From: a virus
Direction: 5' to 3' (one strand)
Length of the DNA stretch: 46,506 nucleotides
IMG/VR virus record: IMGVR_UViG_2554235504_000004
Coordinates: 1-46,506 of that record
Shown here: in pieces, positions 32,042-41,180 of the stretch
How the letters are laid out: each line of letters starts with the position of its first letter
Position numbering within the stretch: the first letter of the stretch is position 1
Position numbers and translations under genes: made by a program
Notes under the pieces: generated by a model
Database searches by the model: none
What the model saw: the letters and a program-made list of their open reading frames with translations, nothing else
What the model was told of the DNA's origin: nothing

Positions 32042-32227
32042 ATGGGCTGGATTCAAACAGAAAACGAGCATCAAGTAGCGTTCAGTGACGCCGAGATGGA
32101 TGAAACCGTCGAATGGTCCGATAACCATACGGCGAACGTCTCGGCTGAACTCGAGGAGTACCTCATTGAGGCCTACGACTCGATTTCGTCGGTTGATGAG
32201 GACGAGACGAGTTCTGACCAGCAGTAA
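32042..32227 (+). CDS. Small acidic hypothetical protein
   Basis: ATG at 32042 (MGWIQTENE). The track ORF begins at a non-ATG codon at 31979. Confidence 0.35.
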   Translation: MGWIQTENEHQVAFSDAEMDETVEWSDNHTANVSAELEEYLIEAYDSISSVDEDETSSDQQ

Positions 32228-32248
32228 CACACCCAGAGACTACAATTC

Positions 32249-33544
32249 ATGAGTGTCAACCCTAATCAGCAGACAGAACAGCAGACGCCAGAGAGCGGGC
32301 TACGATTCGATCGTGCCTGGTTCGTTCGGGAGGCCGAAAAGGGCGTTACTCCGACTGACCCGGACTGGAATCTCTATTCCGACCGGCTCGTAAGCACGGA
32401 GGGAGACCTTGACCCTGGCCTTGAGCGTCTTGACGGCCTCGGAACGCCGGACCCTGCCGAGTTCGGACGAGCAATCGAGGAGAACGAGGTTACCATTGCG
32501 TACTCGCTCCAGCAGGCTGTCGTGGATGCCTCTGGGGAGCCCGTTGACGCCGTTTATGACGCGCTCACTCGGAACCAGGCAAATCAGATCCCGAACACCC
32601 ATAGTATGGTTGGGCGGGATAACAACCCCAGTCCGGGGCCGAACGATCCCGATGGGGCAGAGGGGCAGCGCCGCTATCTCGTCATGCAGGGCGGGAAGGC
32701 AGATGCGACGATGGAGCCCGATGCGACTGAGGCCGATCCTGTCCCTGTTGAACTGACGTACATGGGCGAAAAGGTTCGCTCGTATCACATCTATCAGCCT
32801 GAAGGCTCTACGTTGCTTGCCCTTCAGTCGACGGATGACAGCGACACGATGACGGTTACCATCGAGGATGAAGGGGCAGCGACGACGGATGAAATTACAC
32901 TGAACGGAACTACCCCTGTCTCAACGACCGTCGAGTTCGACAACATTGACGCGTTCGAACTCTCGGAACCTGCTACGGGTGACGTGACGCTCCATATTAA
33001 CGACGGGACTGATGCCGATCCTACGGTTGGAAGTGAACTCTCCAAGCTTGATGGCGGTGTCACACTCGCAGATGGCGGTGGAGAGCGTGAGGGAGATACT
33101 GGTGTTCCAGCACTCGGTGCTGGGTCGGCTCCGAGTCCCATCGATCAGCCGTTCGAGGACTTCTGTGGATCGATCTTTAACTTTGCATTTGATGGTAACG
33201 CCCCCGATCCCGATCTGAATAACATCACGCTTGAGGTTGCGAATAACCTTGAAGCTCGCCCGTCGGGAGACGGTGGTGGCTGTCGCCCCTCGATTGAGGA
33301 AGGGAACCGTGAAATCACGATTGAGGCAAACGTCGTCGGCGAGCGTGCCTCTCATGATATCCTCCGGAGTGCGTACACGAACAACCCGGCAGATATGGGT
33401 TGGGAACTCTCGAGGACTATCTTCACGTTCCCGAGTTCCCGATGCACTGAGGCACCTGCATTCGCTCGGGAGTCCGACGAAGCGTATGCGGAGACGGATG
33501 GGACGTGGGAATCAATTGGCGTCGAACTCCAGAACAACGCATAA
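32249..33544 (+). CDS. Major tail protein (large, siphovirus type)
   Basis: 431 aa, immediately upstream of the G/GT chaperone pair and tape measure. There is no separate tube gene, which argues against a sheath. Confidence 0.55.
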   Translation: MSVNPNQQTEQQTPESGLRFDRAWFVREAEKGVTPTDPDWNLYSDRLVSTEGDLDPGLERLDGLGTPDPAEFGRAIEENEVTIAYSLQQAVVDASGEPVDAVYDALTRNQANQIPNTHSMVGRDNNPSPGPNDPDGAEGQRRYLVMQGGKADATMEPDATEADPVPVELTYMGEKVRSYHIYQPEGSTLLALQSTDDSDTMTVTIEDEGAATTDEITLNGTTPVSTTVEFDNIDAFELSEPATGDVTLHINDGTDADPTVGSELSKLDGGVTLADGGGEREGDTGVPALGAGSAPSPIDQPFEDFCGSIFNFAFDGNAPDPDLNNITLEVANNLEARPSGDGGGCRPSIEEGNREITIEANVVGERASHDILRSAYTNNPADMGWELSRTIFTFPSSRCTEAPAFARESDEAYAETDGTWESIGVELQNNA

Positions 33545-33547
33545 CGC

Positions 33548-34024
33548 ATGAGTGAATCAGAACCTAATACCCCGACGAAAGAAGAAATGGACGAAGCGTT
33601 TGGTGTTGAACCGGACGAGCAGGCTGACAATGCTCCCCCGGACCCGTCTAAACTCGATCCTCTCACGAAAGACGAAGCAGAGTATGAGAGAGACCCAGAC
33701 GGAAACCTCAAACCGAATGCACACGCTGTCCAGTACAATGGCGAATGGCGGCGTGTAACGGTCCGTCCACTACTCCCAACCGACCAAGTAGAACTTGAAA
33801 ATAAGTTCAAGGGGCGCGAGGATGTTGACTTTGAGGAGATAAACCCGATCCTCGAGAATCATATTGAGGAACCGGCAGGTGTCGATTGGGAGTTTGCAAA
33901 GCCAGATGTCTTCATGCCGTGTCTGATGGCACTCATGGAGGAGTTCACTGGCGGCGCTGACAACGAGTTTTACGAGGGAGTGGAGGAGGAACTCGAGAAG
34001 CGAGACGGTGGCGAGGGAAACTAA
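33548..34024 (+). CDS. Tail assembly chaperone G
   Basis: Acidic 158-aa ORF before the tape measure. It ends with the slippery heptamer followed by TAA. Confidence 0.65.
   Translation: MSESEPNTPTKEEMDEAFGVEPDEQADNAPPDPSKLDPLTKDEAEYERDPDGNLKPNAHAVQYNGEWRRVTVRPLLPTDQVELENKFKGREDVDFEEINPILENHIEEPAGVDWEFAKPDVFMPCLMALMEEFTGGADNEFYEGVEEELEKRDGGEGN
34015..34021 (+). promoter_or_regulatory. -1 programmed ribosomal frameshift site G GGA AAC
   Basis: A canonical X XXY YYZ heptamer in the zero frame, one codon before the stop (compare lambda G GGA AAG). The -1 frame is open for 89 further codons. Confidence 0.55.
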
Positions 34025-34284
34025 ACCCTGTTGAGGGAAAGGCACTCGAGATAGACATCCTTCATCGGAAGGGGTACACGTTCAACGGAGATGCACCAAT
34101 CTCGGGACTGACTACTGGCGAACGGAAACTAACTATTCTCGGTCACATCGTCTACAACGAGCAACAACAGCCAGACGATTCGTCCGGATCACCCGGTAGT
34201 CGGAGGAAGTACTCGGAGCCAAAGCACACTCTTGACGAGGCGATGGATAACTATTCGCAGAAACACGATCTGGCGAGTGCCTAA
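34015..34284 (+). CDS. T extension of the G-T frameshift fusion chaperone (-1 frame)
   Basis: The -1 frame reads GKLNPVEGKALEIDILHRKGYTFNGDAPISGLTTGERKLTILGHIVYNEQQQPDDSSGSPGSRRKYSEPKHTLDEAMDNYSQKHDLASA. It has no usable start codon of its own. Confidence 0.55.
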   Translation, partial: GKLNPVEGKALEIDILHRKGYTFNGDAPISGLTTGERKLTILGHIVYNEQQQPDDSSGSPGSRRKYSEPKHTLDEAMDNYSQKHDLASA

Positions 34285-34526
34285 GCCGATTTGTAGGTAG
34301 CTGGCTTTCTACTTTCTACTTTTCGACCAGAGAAGTACGCAAGTGCCATCATGGGGAGTCCGACCACAGCACCGATGACACTGGCCGTTAAGAGTCCCCC
34401 TAGGATGTAAAAGATAGCACGCAGTGTCTTGCCTTCTGCGCTGGGTTCATACCCACACTGAGGGCAGGTGATTGCGTCTGTGGATATCTCTGAGTGGCAT
34501 TTTTGACAGGTTCCTTTCTCAGCCAT
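34281..34526 (-). CDS. Zinc-ribbon membrane protein encoded antisense within the tail module
   Basis: MAEKGTCQKCHSEISTDAITCPQCGYEP is followed by the hydrophobic stretch AIFYILGGLLTASVIGAVVGLPMMALAYF. It is the only minus-strand gene between 10.4 kb and the genome end. Confidence 0.6.
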   Translation of the reverse strand: MAEKGTCQKCHSEISTDAITCPQCGYEPSAEGKTLRAIFYILGGLLTASVIGAVVGLPMMALAYFSGRKVESRKPATYKSA

Positions 34527-34594
34527 AGCTGTATCTTCTGTCTCTTGATACAAGAATCGCTCGATGAGTAACGTCTTCAACACACATATGTCAA

Positions 34595-37150
34595 ATGGTT
34601 AGCAATCCGTTTCAAGACGGCCTTCATGTACAGATAGACGGGTCTGCAGAGGGTCTGACCTCGTCAATTGGGGAGGCGATGCAATCCCTTGGTGGTCTTG
34701 AGGCCGCCGTTGCCGGAGTTGGTCTTGCCCTTGCAGGTCTTTCAGCAGGAGGGTTAGCGAAAGCGACCCAGAGTGCTGCGGCCTTTGAGGAGCAGATGGT
34801 TGAAGTCGAGAAGGTCACCACCCCGGAGACGGCCAGCGAGATGGGCGATGCCATCCAAGATATGGCGTCCCAGATGCCGGTTGCCCAAGAAGAACTCGCG
34901 GGCATTGCCGAGCAGGCAGGTCGCTTCGGGATTGAGGGTTCTGAGAACATCCAGAACTTTACCGAGACTGTCAGTAAGATGGCCGTCGCGACGGACCTCT
35001 CGACCTCCGAGGCCGGCGAGTCGTTCGCGCGGCTCTCGACGTTGATGGACGAGCCGATTGAGAACGTCGGCGACATGGGCAACGTCATCAACGAGCTGTC
35101 CAATACCATGGCTACGTCCTCGACGGAGATTACGGACGCGGCCCTTCGGAGTTCGGGTACACTCTCGCAGATGGGAGCCTCGAGCGAGGACATTCTGAGC
35201 CTCAACGCCGCGATGAACGAGGCTTCCGAAAGCTCCGAACGAGCCGGTACACGGCTACGTCGGATGGCCCAGGAGATCCAAGATCCGAAGAAAGTCGAGG
35301 AGTTGGCTGTGGCGCTCGGGATGAACGTTGACGAGTTCGAGGCAATGCGGTCGAGCGACCCGACAGCGCTATTCCGCCAGATGGCAACAACGATGGGCGA
35401 GGGCGATGAGGCTGCCGACGCCCTCCGTGGGACGTTGTCGACGACATCCCAGCAAGCCCTGACGGCCCTCTCGCAGAACATGGACGGGCTGTCACAGGCC
35501 CAAGAGACTGCGAACCAGCAAATGCGGAATGGGACCTCTCTCCAAGAGGAATATCAGAGTGCATCGAGCACGTTCAACTCCCAGTTACAGATCACGCGTA
35601 ACCGACTTCGGAATATCGGGATTTCGATTGGCGAGACGCTGCTTCCGTATCTCTCATCGTTTCTAGAGTGGATCAATAACGGGATCAGTGCCTTCTCGCG
35701 GTTCAACGAGTCGACGAACGGAGTGGCTGGTTCCCTCACTCTCATAACTACCCTCATTACCGGTCTTGTGGGAGGTCTTGCCGGACTTGCCTCACAAGTC
35801 GGACTTGCGACCTCAACGACGACGGCGCTCACCGGAGCACTGAGTGCGCTCACGGGACCGATTGGACTTGTCATCGCAGCGGTTGCAACTCTAGCCACAG
35901 CGTTTGCGACAGACTTCGGGGGTATTAGAACCCAAACCATGCGGGTTGTGGATGCCTTCCGAGAGGCACTCCAGCCGGCAATTGAGTGGATTCAGTCCAA
36001 TGGAATCTCAATCTTCAATCGGATTAAAAACGCCGTTGTCGAGTTCGTCAATCTTGCTGAGCCCTACGTCTCTCGGTTCGTCTCTCTCCTCTCTGACGGA
36101 CTCATTGTCACCATTCGGACTGCTGCCAACGTTGCCAAGACAGCATTTGGGATCATCTCGACCGTAATCACGACCGCATGGGAGAACGTCATTCGCCCGT
36201 TCCTCGAGTGGAGTTCAACAATCTGGGACGAACCCCTTTCCCAGCCGGTCAAAGAAGCCGGTCAAACCCTTCAGGTCTGGTCTGAGGGAGTCAACGAGGT
36301 CATTACCTGGATACAGAACACCGTCATCGGACCGTTCCTCGAATGGGCCGATGAGAATATCAGCCAGTTACTCAATGATATCTCGTCCTGGTGGTCAGAG
36401 CACAAGGACGAGGTCATGTCCGTGGTTCGGCCCTTGTTCAACACCATTCAGAGTGTTGTTGAGGGATTCATCGCGACAGTCTCCGAAGCGTTCTCTGCTT
36501 TCTTCGCGCTCCTCCGCGGTGATTGGGAGACTGTTCGTGAGAACATCGAGTCTATCGTAGACCGGCTAGTCAGTGGCGTTATCGACCTGTTCGAGTGGCT
36601 CTGGGAGAAGGTCACTGGTTGGGTTGGCGACCTGAAAGACGACGTTATTGAGACGGTCAGGAACCTGAAAGACGACTTCGTGCAGTCGATCAACAACCTG
36701 ATTGATGACGGTCTGTCTGCGCTCGATAACGCTGTATCGGACTTCGTCAGCGCTGGGAAGGGCCTTGTTGATGCGATTGTCGACGGAATCAAAGACTCCC
36801 CTGGAGCGGTGAAAAACGCTGTTGAGGACGTGGTTGGCGATGCACGCGAGTATCTCCCCTTCTCGCCTGCTAAAGAGGGTCCAATGTCGGACCTCGATGA
36901 GTCTGGCGCATCTATCCCCGAGACGCTCGCGGAGAACGCCCAGGCGAATATGGGAACACTACAGAACGCCCTCACAGAAATGCCGTCTCCGACAGTTTCC
37001 CAAGGCGTGGGTGCTGCTGCTGGCGGCGGGGGTGGTGATACCATCAATATCGAAGTTGACGCCCGCGGGTCTGAGAACCCACAACAGACGAGAACCAACG
37101 CCAATCGTGGTCTTGCACAGGCACTTGACGCCTACAACGTGGGGCGGTAG
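34595..37150 (+). CDS. Tail tape measure protein
   Basis: It is the longest ORF (851 aa) and lies downstream of G/GT. It is helical and Ala/Leu/Glu-rich, with a central hydrophobic block GSLTLITTLITGLVGGLAGLASQVGLA...AAVATLATAFA. Confidence 0.85.
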   Translation: MVSNPFQDGLHVQIDGSAEGLTSSIGEAMQSLGGLEAAVAGVGLALAGLSAGGLAKATQSAAAFEEQMVEVEKVTTPETASEMGDAIQDMASQMPVAQEELAGIAEQAGRFGIEGSENIQNFTETVSKMAVATDLSTSEAGESFARLSTLMDEPIENVGDMGNVINELSNTMATSSTEITDAALRSSGTLSQMGASSEDILSLNAAMNEASESSERAGTRLRRMAQEIQDPKKVEELAVALGMNVDEFEAMRSSDPTALFRQMATTMGEGDEAADALRGTLSTTSQQALTALSQNMDGLSQAQETANQQMRNGTSLQEEYQSASSTFNSQLQITRNRLRNIGISIGETLLPYLSSFLEWINNGISAFSRFNESTNGVAGSLTLITTLITGLVGGLAGLASQVGLATSTTTALTGALSALTGPIGLVIAAVATLATAFATDFGGIRTQTMRVVDAFREALQPAIEWIQSNGISIFNRIKNAVVEFVNLAEPYVSRFVSLLSDGLIVTIRTAANVAKTAFGIISTVITTAWENVIRPFLEWSSTIWDEPLSQPVKEAGQTLQVWSEGVNEVITWIQNTVIGPFLEWADENISQLLNDISSWWSEHKDEVMSVVRPLFNTIQSVVEGFIATVSEAFSAFFALLRGDWETVRENIESIVDRLVSGVIDLFEWLWEKVTGWVGDLKDDVIETVRNLKDDFVQSINNLIDDGLSALDNAVSDFVSAGKGLVDAIVDGIKDSPGAVKNAVEDVVGDAREYLPFSPAKEGPMSDLDESGASIPETLAENAQANMGTLQNALTEMPSPTVSQGVGAAAGGGGGDTINIEVDARGSENPQQTRTNANRGLAQALDAYNVGR

Positions 37151-37156
37151 ATAGAG

Positions 37157-38629
37157 ATGGTCACAACCGTCAATAACGTTGAGTTGAGCGTCTGGCATCA
37201 AAACCAGCCCGGAGACCCAGATGATCCGCCGGACACGGTGATTGAAGGCGAAGATCTCAATTCAGTCGAAATCAGTGGGCGAGCTGAGGACGTTCTTGAT
37301 GAGGCATCTATAGAGGCCAAACTCCCTCTCAACGAGGAGTACGATCTCCGAGTCGGAGACCGAGTACAGTTCGACGCTGATATTCTGGTCGGCGTTGGGT
37401 ATGGTGTCTCCTACGGAACGAACTACGGCGGCGGCTTCACCGTCTCGTGGACGGGACGGATTAAACCCACGGGACGATCACGCTCCCACTGCGGGCGAGT
37501 GGATTCGACACTCGAGACGGACGCGACGGACTTTGTGGGTAATATCCTACAGGATCGGAAGGTCACTGGAAGTTGGGTCAACGATGATGTAGGGAAGATC
37601 ATCCGAGATATCATCAACCAAAACGCCAGCGAGGTTGATGGGTCGAACATCCCTGACTTAGGGGTCTCGACCGACCAGTTCGCTCAGCAGGCCGACGCAT
37701 GGGATATGATCGTTGGGTTGGCTGCAAAAGCCGACTGTCTGCTCTACCAGGATGGTCGAGAGCTCCACGTGGAGCCGATCGACAATCTCGAGTATGCTTT
37801 CTCACTTGAGCCACAGGACTGGCTGTATCCCTGGAGTACAGACACTGACGACAACGTCAAGAACATCATTCGTGTCGACTCGGGTGTAGCACGCCGAGAG
37901 GAGCAAAGCCAAGAGACACAGGACTCCTTTGACCGGGTTACGGAGTCATCGAGACTGACGTACCGGCTCCGTGCTCGAAAATCCGAGATTCACTCTGTTG
38001 ACCTCTACGTTAGTTCGGTCTCCGACGAGAGCCTGGAGGTCCGATTGCAGGCCGATGAAGGCGGTTCTCCGGTTGCGATTGATGATACTGACTCGGACAT
38101 CGAAAGCACGTCGTGGGATGCCGATAACCTCCCTGGAGAAGGCTGGCAGTCGTTCTTCTTCCCGAATCACACGTTGCCCGACCGGGACCCGTGGCTTATC
38201 ATCCAGACGGATGGCCCAAACGGTCACGATATCGGGGTTAACACTGACGGCGACCCGACATTCCGGTCGTACTACCCGCATCCGCTGACATACGAGGTAT
38301 CCTCAACTGAGTCAATCGATGAGTTCGGCGCACGGGAACTCTCGATCGAGCGTGAGAACCTCGAGACAGTGACAGCTGTCCAAGATGCGGCCCAGTCCGA
38401 ACTCGCACGGAGGGCGTGGCCGAGCAAGACAATCGAGTTCGCCGCGAACTCGATCCGAGCACATGCTCTTGAGCCGGGGCAGATAATCGAGGTTGATCGG
38501 CCGGATGTGGACGCTGTCGGCGAGTTTATCGTAGTCGAGGTGTCGCACTCGTACAATGCAGATGACATCAAACTTGAGACGCAAATCACCGCTAAGTGGC
38601 GGAAAGGCGTCCTCGAACCCCAGAATTAG
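37157..38629 (+). CDS. Distal tail / tail tip structural protein
   Basis: 490-aa ORF immediately after the tape measure. Confidence 0.5.
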   Translation: MVTTVNNVELSVWHQNQPGDPDDPPDTVIEGEDLNSVEISGRAEDVLDEASIEAKLPLNEEYDLRVGDRVQFDADILVGVGYGVSYGTNYGGGFTVSWTGRIKPTGRSRSHCGRVDSTLETDATDFVGNILQDRKVTGSWVNDDVGKIIRDIINQNASEVDGSNIPDLGVSTDQFAQQADAWDMIVGLAAKADCLLYQDGRELHVEPIDNLEYAFSLEPQDWLYPWSTDTDDNVKNIIRVDSGVARREEQSQETQDSFDRVTESSRLTYRLRARKSEIHSVDLYVSSVSDESLEVRLQADEGGSPVAIDDTDSDIESTSWDADNLPGEGWQSFFFPNHTLPDRDPWLIIQTDGPNGHDIGVNTDGDPTFRSYYPHPLTYEVSSTESIDEFGARELSIERENLETVTAVQDAAQSELARRAWPSKTIEFAANSIRAHALEPGQIIEVDRPDVDAVGEFIVVEVSHSYNADDIKLETQITAKWRKGVLEPQN

Positions 38630-38634
38630 AAAAC

Positions 38635-38868
38635 ATGCCACTCAACGACGACAATCACCGAGCAACACGGAAGATCAAAGATCTCGACGAGAGGGTATCG
38701 AATCTTGAGCAAAAGTCCCGGTCGACCGAGACACCGACCTTTCTTGTCACACTGTCTGACCAACTTGGGATCGGAGATCGAATCGACTCGGTTGACGAGC
38801 TCACGATGACAACAGGACAGTGGGACAATACCGGCTGGCGCACTTCTTCGTGGGGTTCCTATGAGTGA
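38635..38868 (+). CDS. Small tail-module protein
   Basis: Start reset to MPLNDD. It has a short coiled segment KIKDLDERVSNLEQK. Confidence 0.45.
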   Translation: MPLNDDNHRATRKIKDLDERVSNLEQKSRSTETPTFLVTLSDQLGIGDRIDSVDELTMTTGQWDNTGWRTSSWGSYE

Positions 38869-39412
38869 CGTTGATGTCCGCGACGGGGCCACAATCCACG
38901 GTCATGTGGAGATTCGTATCTGGGATGTTGATACGGTCGAGAACGCAGATCCCGAGTGGCCCAACCGTCCGAGAGAAGAACGCCACGCCATGCTGCAAGA
39001 TCCGTCGACCTATCCGGCGGCCCCTATCCACGAGGGCGAGACGACGAATCTTGCGGTTGATGGCTACTTCGAGGCGCTCGCAGCGGGAGACAATCCACAA
39101 CCAACCCATCTTGCAATCGGAGACGACGACACGCCTGCAGAAGCCACGAATACGAGTCTCAATAACGAGGTCTATCGGACGGTTGTCGGAGACGATGAGC
39201 CGGATGGTCGTGACCGCGTTACGTCCACGTTCATCAGTCAAAACGAGGCGAACGGGTACACGCTTCGTGAGATTGGCTTTGTGACTGGGGCGGTGGACGA
39301 CAACTGGCAACTGCTTACGCACGTGGCTCTCGATTCTACTGACCACATCGATAAAACGAGCAACAACATGATTGTGTATAATTACACCCTTGAATGGAGG
39401 CGCGTATCGTAG
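38861..39412 (+). CDS. Tail/baseplate-associated structural protein
   Basis: 183-aa ORF with an ATGAGTGA junction. Confidence 0.5.
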   Translation: MSDVDVRDGATIHGHVEIRIWDVDTVENADPEWPNRPREERHAMLQDPSTYPAAPIHEGETTNLAVDGYFEALAAGDNPQPTHLAIGDDDTPAEATNTSLNNEVYRTVVGDDEPDGRDRVTSTFISQNEANGYTLREIGFVTGAVDDNWQLLTHVALDSTDHIDKTSNNMIVYNYTLEWRRVS

Positions 39413-40231
39413 ATGTCCGATTTGGTCACGCCTGGAGAGGTTGACGCCGAAATCGACTCGACATCGACGGGCCACGCACTCGCAAAAGCGGGGACAGGCG
39501 GCTGGGTTGTTAATGGCGTGGATCTGGCTGGCAACTATACATCGCTAGATGAGACCGGAGTCAATTCGTTCGCCATTTCGTCGACCAGCGGTCTCGACGT
39601 GACGTTTGATGGAGGAGAGGCCTACGTTGCTGGCTGGCTCTGTCGGGATAGACAGACGACCGTCACGCTCCCAGACGATAGCACGACGACGGTTTACGTT
39701 GGGTACGACGCGGGTTCAGTCCTATCGTCGGGTACAGCCCCCGCGGATAACGATAACGTCATCATAGGCCCATCGGGTGATTTTGCGTCTGAGGACCCAC
39801 AATATCCAGTCTGGGAGATCGTGACCTCTGGCGGGAGTGTCTCCGACTCCACACGAGTTCAGCCGACTCGGAAGCCGATGGAATACGACCCAACAGTCCC
39901 ATCGTTCGACTTCGCCGGTCAAGTCCTTGGGGAACGCACGCTGAGACTCAGTGACCCACAAGGCGACTATGGCAACGTCTACATGCACAATAGTCGTGAG
40001 TTCGACAATACGATGGGGCACTATGTCACGACGACCACACCCCATCTGCCGTTCATTATCCGCAATAACGCCACGAACACTCTGGTAGCCGATAACGGGG
40101 ATATAGATGTTCCTGTCGGCCATATCTACTATCAGGGGGACGCTACGCTCCGAGTGACTCAGGACTGGAACGGCGACTCGATGGTGCTCGAATCGTCGAA
40201 CGGAGACACGATTGAACTCGTGCGAGAGTAA
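39413..40231 (+). CDS. Tail tip structural protein
   Basis: 272-aa Thr/Ser/Gly/Asp-rich ORF. Confidence 0.5.
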   Translation: MSDLVTPGEVDAEIDSTSTGHALAKAGTGGWVVNGVDLAGNYTSLDETGVNSFAISSTSGLDVTFDGGEAYVAGWLCRDRQTTVTLPDDSTTTVYVGYDAGSVLSSGTAPADNDNVIIGPSGDFASEDPQYPVWEIVTSGGSVSDSTRVQPTRKPMEYDPTVPSFDFAGQVLGERTLRLSDPQGDYGNVYMHNSREFDNTMGHYVTTTTPHLPFIIRNNATNTLVADNGDIDVPVGHIYYQGDATLRVTQDWNGDSMVLESSNGDTIELVRE

Positions 40232-40233
40232 TC

Positions 40234-40983
40234 ATGCCGTGGCTCACAAACAGTAACGAGACTGCGCCGAAACTCCCAGATGGGGAGCCTGCGGATGTTG
40301 TTTACGTCAACGGCGTCGAGGTCTACGTGGCTGAAATCCCGATCGACATCTTTGATCGGTCGTCTCTCGGCTACTATATCGGGGACACGGGACAGGCAAC
40401 ACTCCCGCAGATCGTCAGCAACGAGGGCTACGACAACCCGGACGCGGTCTGGCTCCCGTACGACAATCCCAACGACGCTTCGAATCTCGCATCGGACAAC
40501 TCCGGTTACGACTCAAGCATGCAGGATGTGGACCTCGAGAACTACCTTCGAACGGGCCAAATCGCAGAAATCTATCTTCGGCCCGCGACGTGGGGATCAA
40601 ATTCCCAGTTCCGGTTTTCGTTCCTCTGTGACGGATATTATCCGAGCAATCACATCCGATTGCGCTTTACGGACGGTTACTGGCGCATCGAGCAGGGTAG
40701 CACCGTGTATGGGGGGACTGGGGATGCAGAGTCTTTCACTGGATTCAACGACAACGGTAACTATCATCGTGTTGTCGTCGATCTCAGCCAGTTCCCGTAC
40801 ATTGAGTGCCATCTATGGGATGCTGGCACGGGGAATTTCATCAGCACGATCAGCGGAGAGGATAGCAGTCCGGACACGGACGAGGCCGGACATCAATTCT
40901 GGTTCAATTCTGTCACAGAAATATACGGCAGCGATTACCGGATAATCGATTCTGACGACTTTACGGCCGGCCAGGATATGTGA
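40234..40983 (+). CDS. Tail tip protein, possibly lectin/jelly-roll-like
   Basis: 249-aa ORF. The overlapping frame 40280-40945 is rejected. Confidence 0.5.
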   Translation: MPWLTNSNETAPKLPDGEPADVVYVNGVEVYVAEIPIDIFDRSSLGYYIGDTGQATLPQIVSNEGYDNPDAVWLPYDNPNDASNLASDNSGYDSSMQDVDLENYLRTGQIAEIYLRPATWGSNSQFRFSFLCDGYYPSNHIRLRFTDGYWRIEQGSTVYGGTGDAESFTGFNDNGNYHRVVVDLSQFPYIECHLWDAGTGNFISTISGEDSSPDTDEAGHQFWFNSVTEIYGSDYRIIDSDDFTAGQDM

Positions 40984-41180
40984 CGAATTGTTCTCCTCAG
41001 AGAATACGGTAGGTGGGTGAGCTGGCAGAGGAGTAGATTTGTGTCGATGAGGCGTCATCCCCCCTGCCGTTCTTTGATGAGTTATCCGAATAGATTAACC
41101 TTCCGACATTCGTCCACCGATAGCATCACAACCGAAACGACACGGGCGGAATCCCGAGCGGGACGGCTGCAGAGATAATA

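Noticed and set aside
34624-35481. 285-aa minus-strand ORF (and 36448-37104, 218 aa) inside the tape measure gene
   Set aside because: Both are antisense shadows of the 851-aa tape measure ORF, with Ser/Ala/Pro/Arg-rich composition.
38801-39475. 224-aa minus-strand ORF in the tail module
   Set aside because: It is antisense to coupled plus-strand tail genes and its product is basic.
40280-40945. 221-aa plus-strand ORF in an alternative frame of 40234-40983
   Set aside because: Its product is Arg/Ser/Thr-rich and basic. The 249-aa frame is acidic, starts 2 nt after the previous stop and fits the operon.
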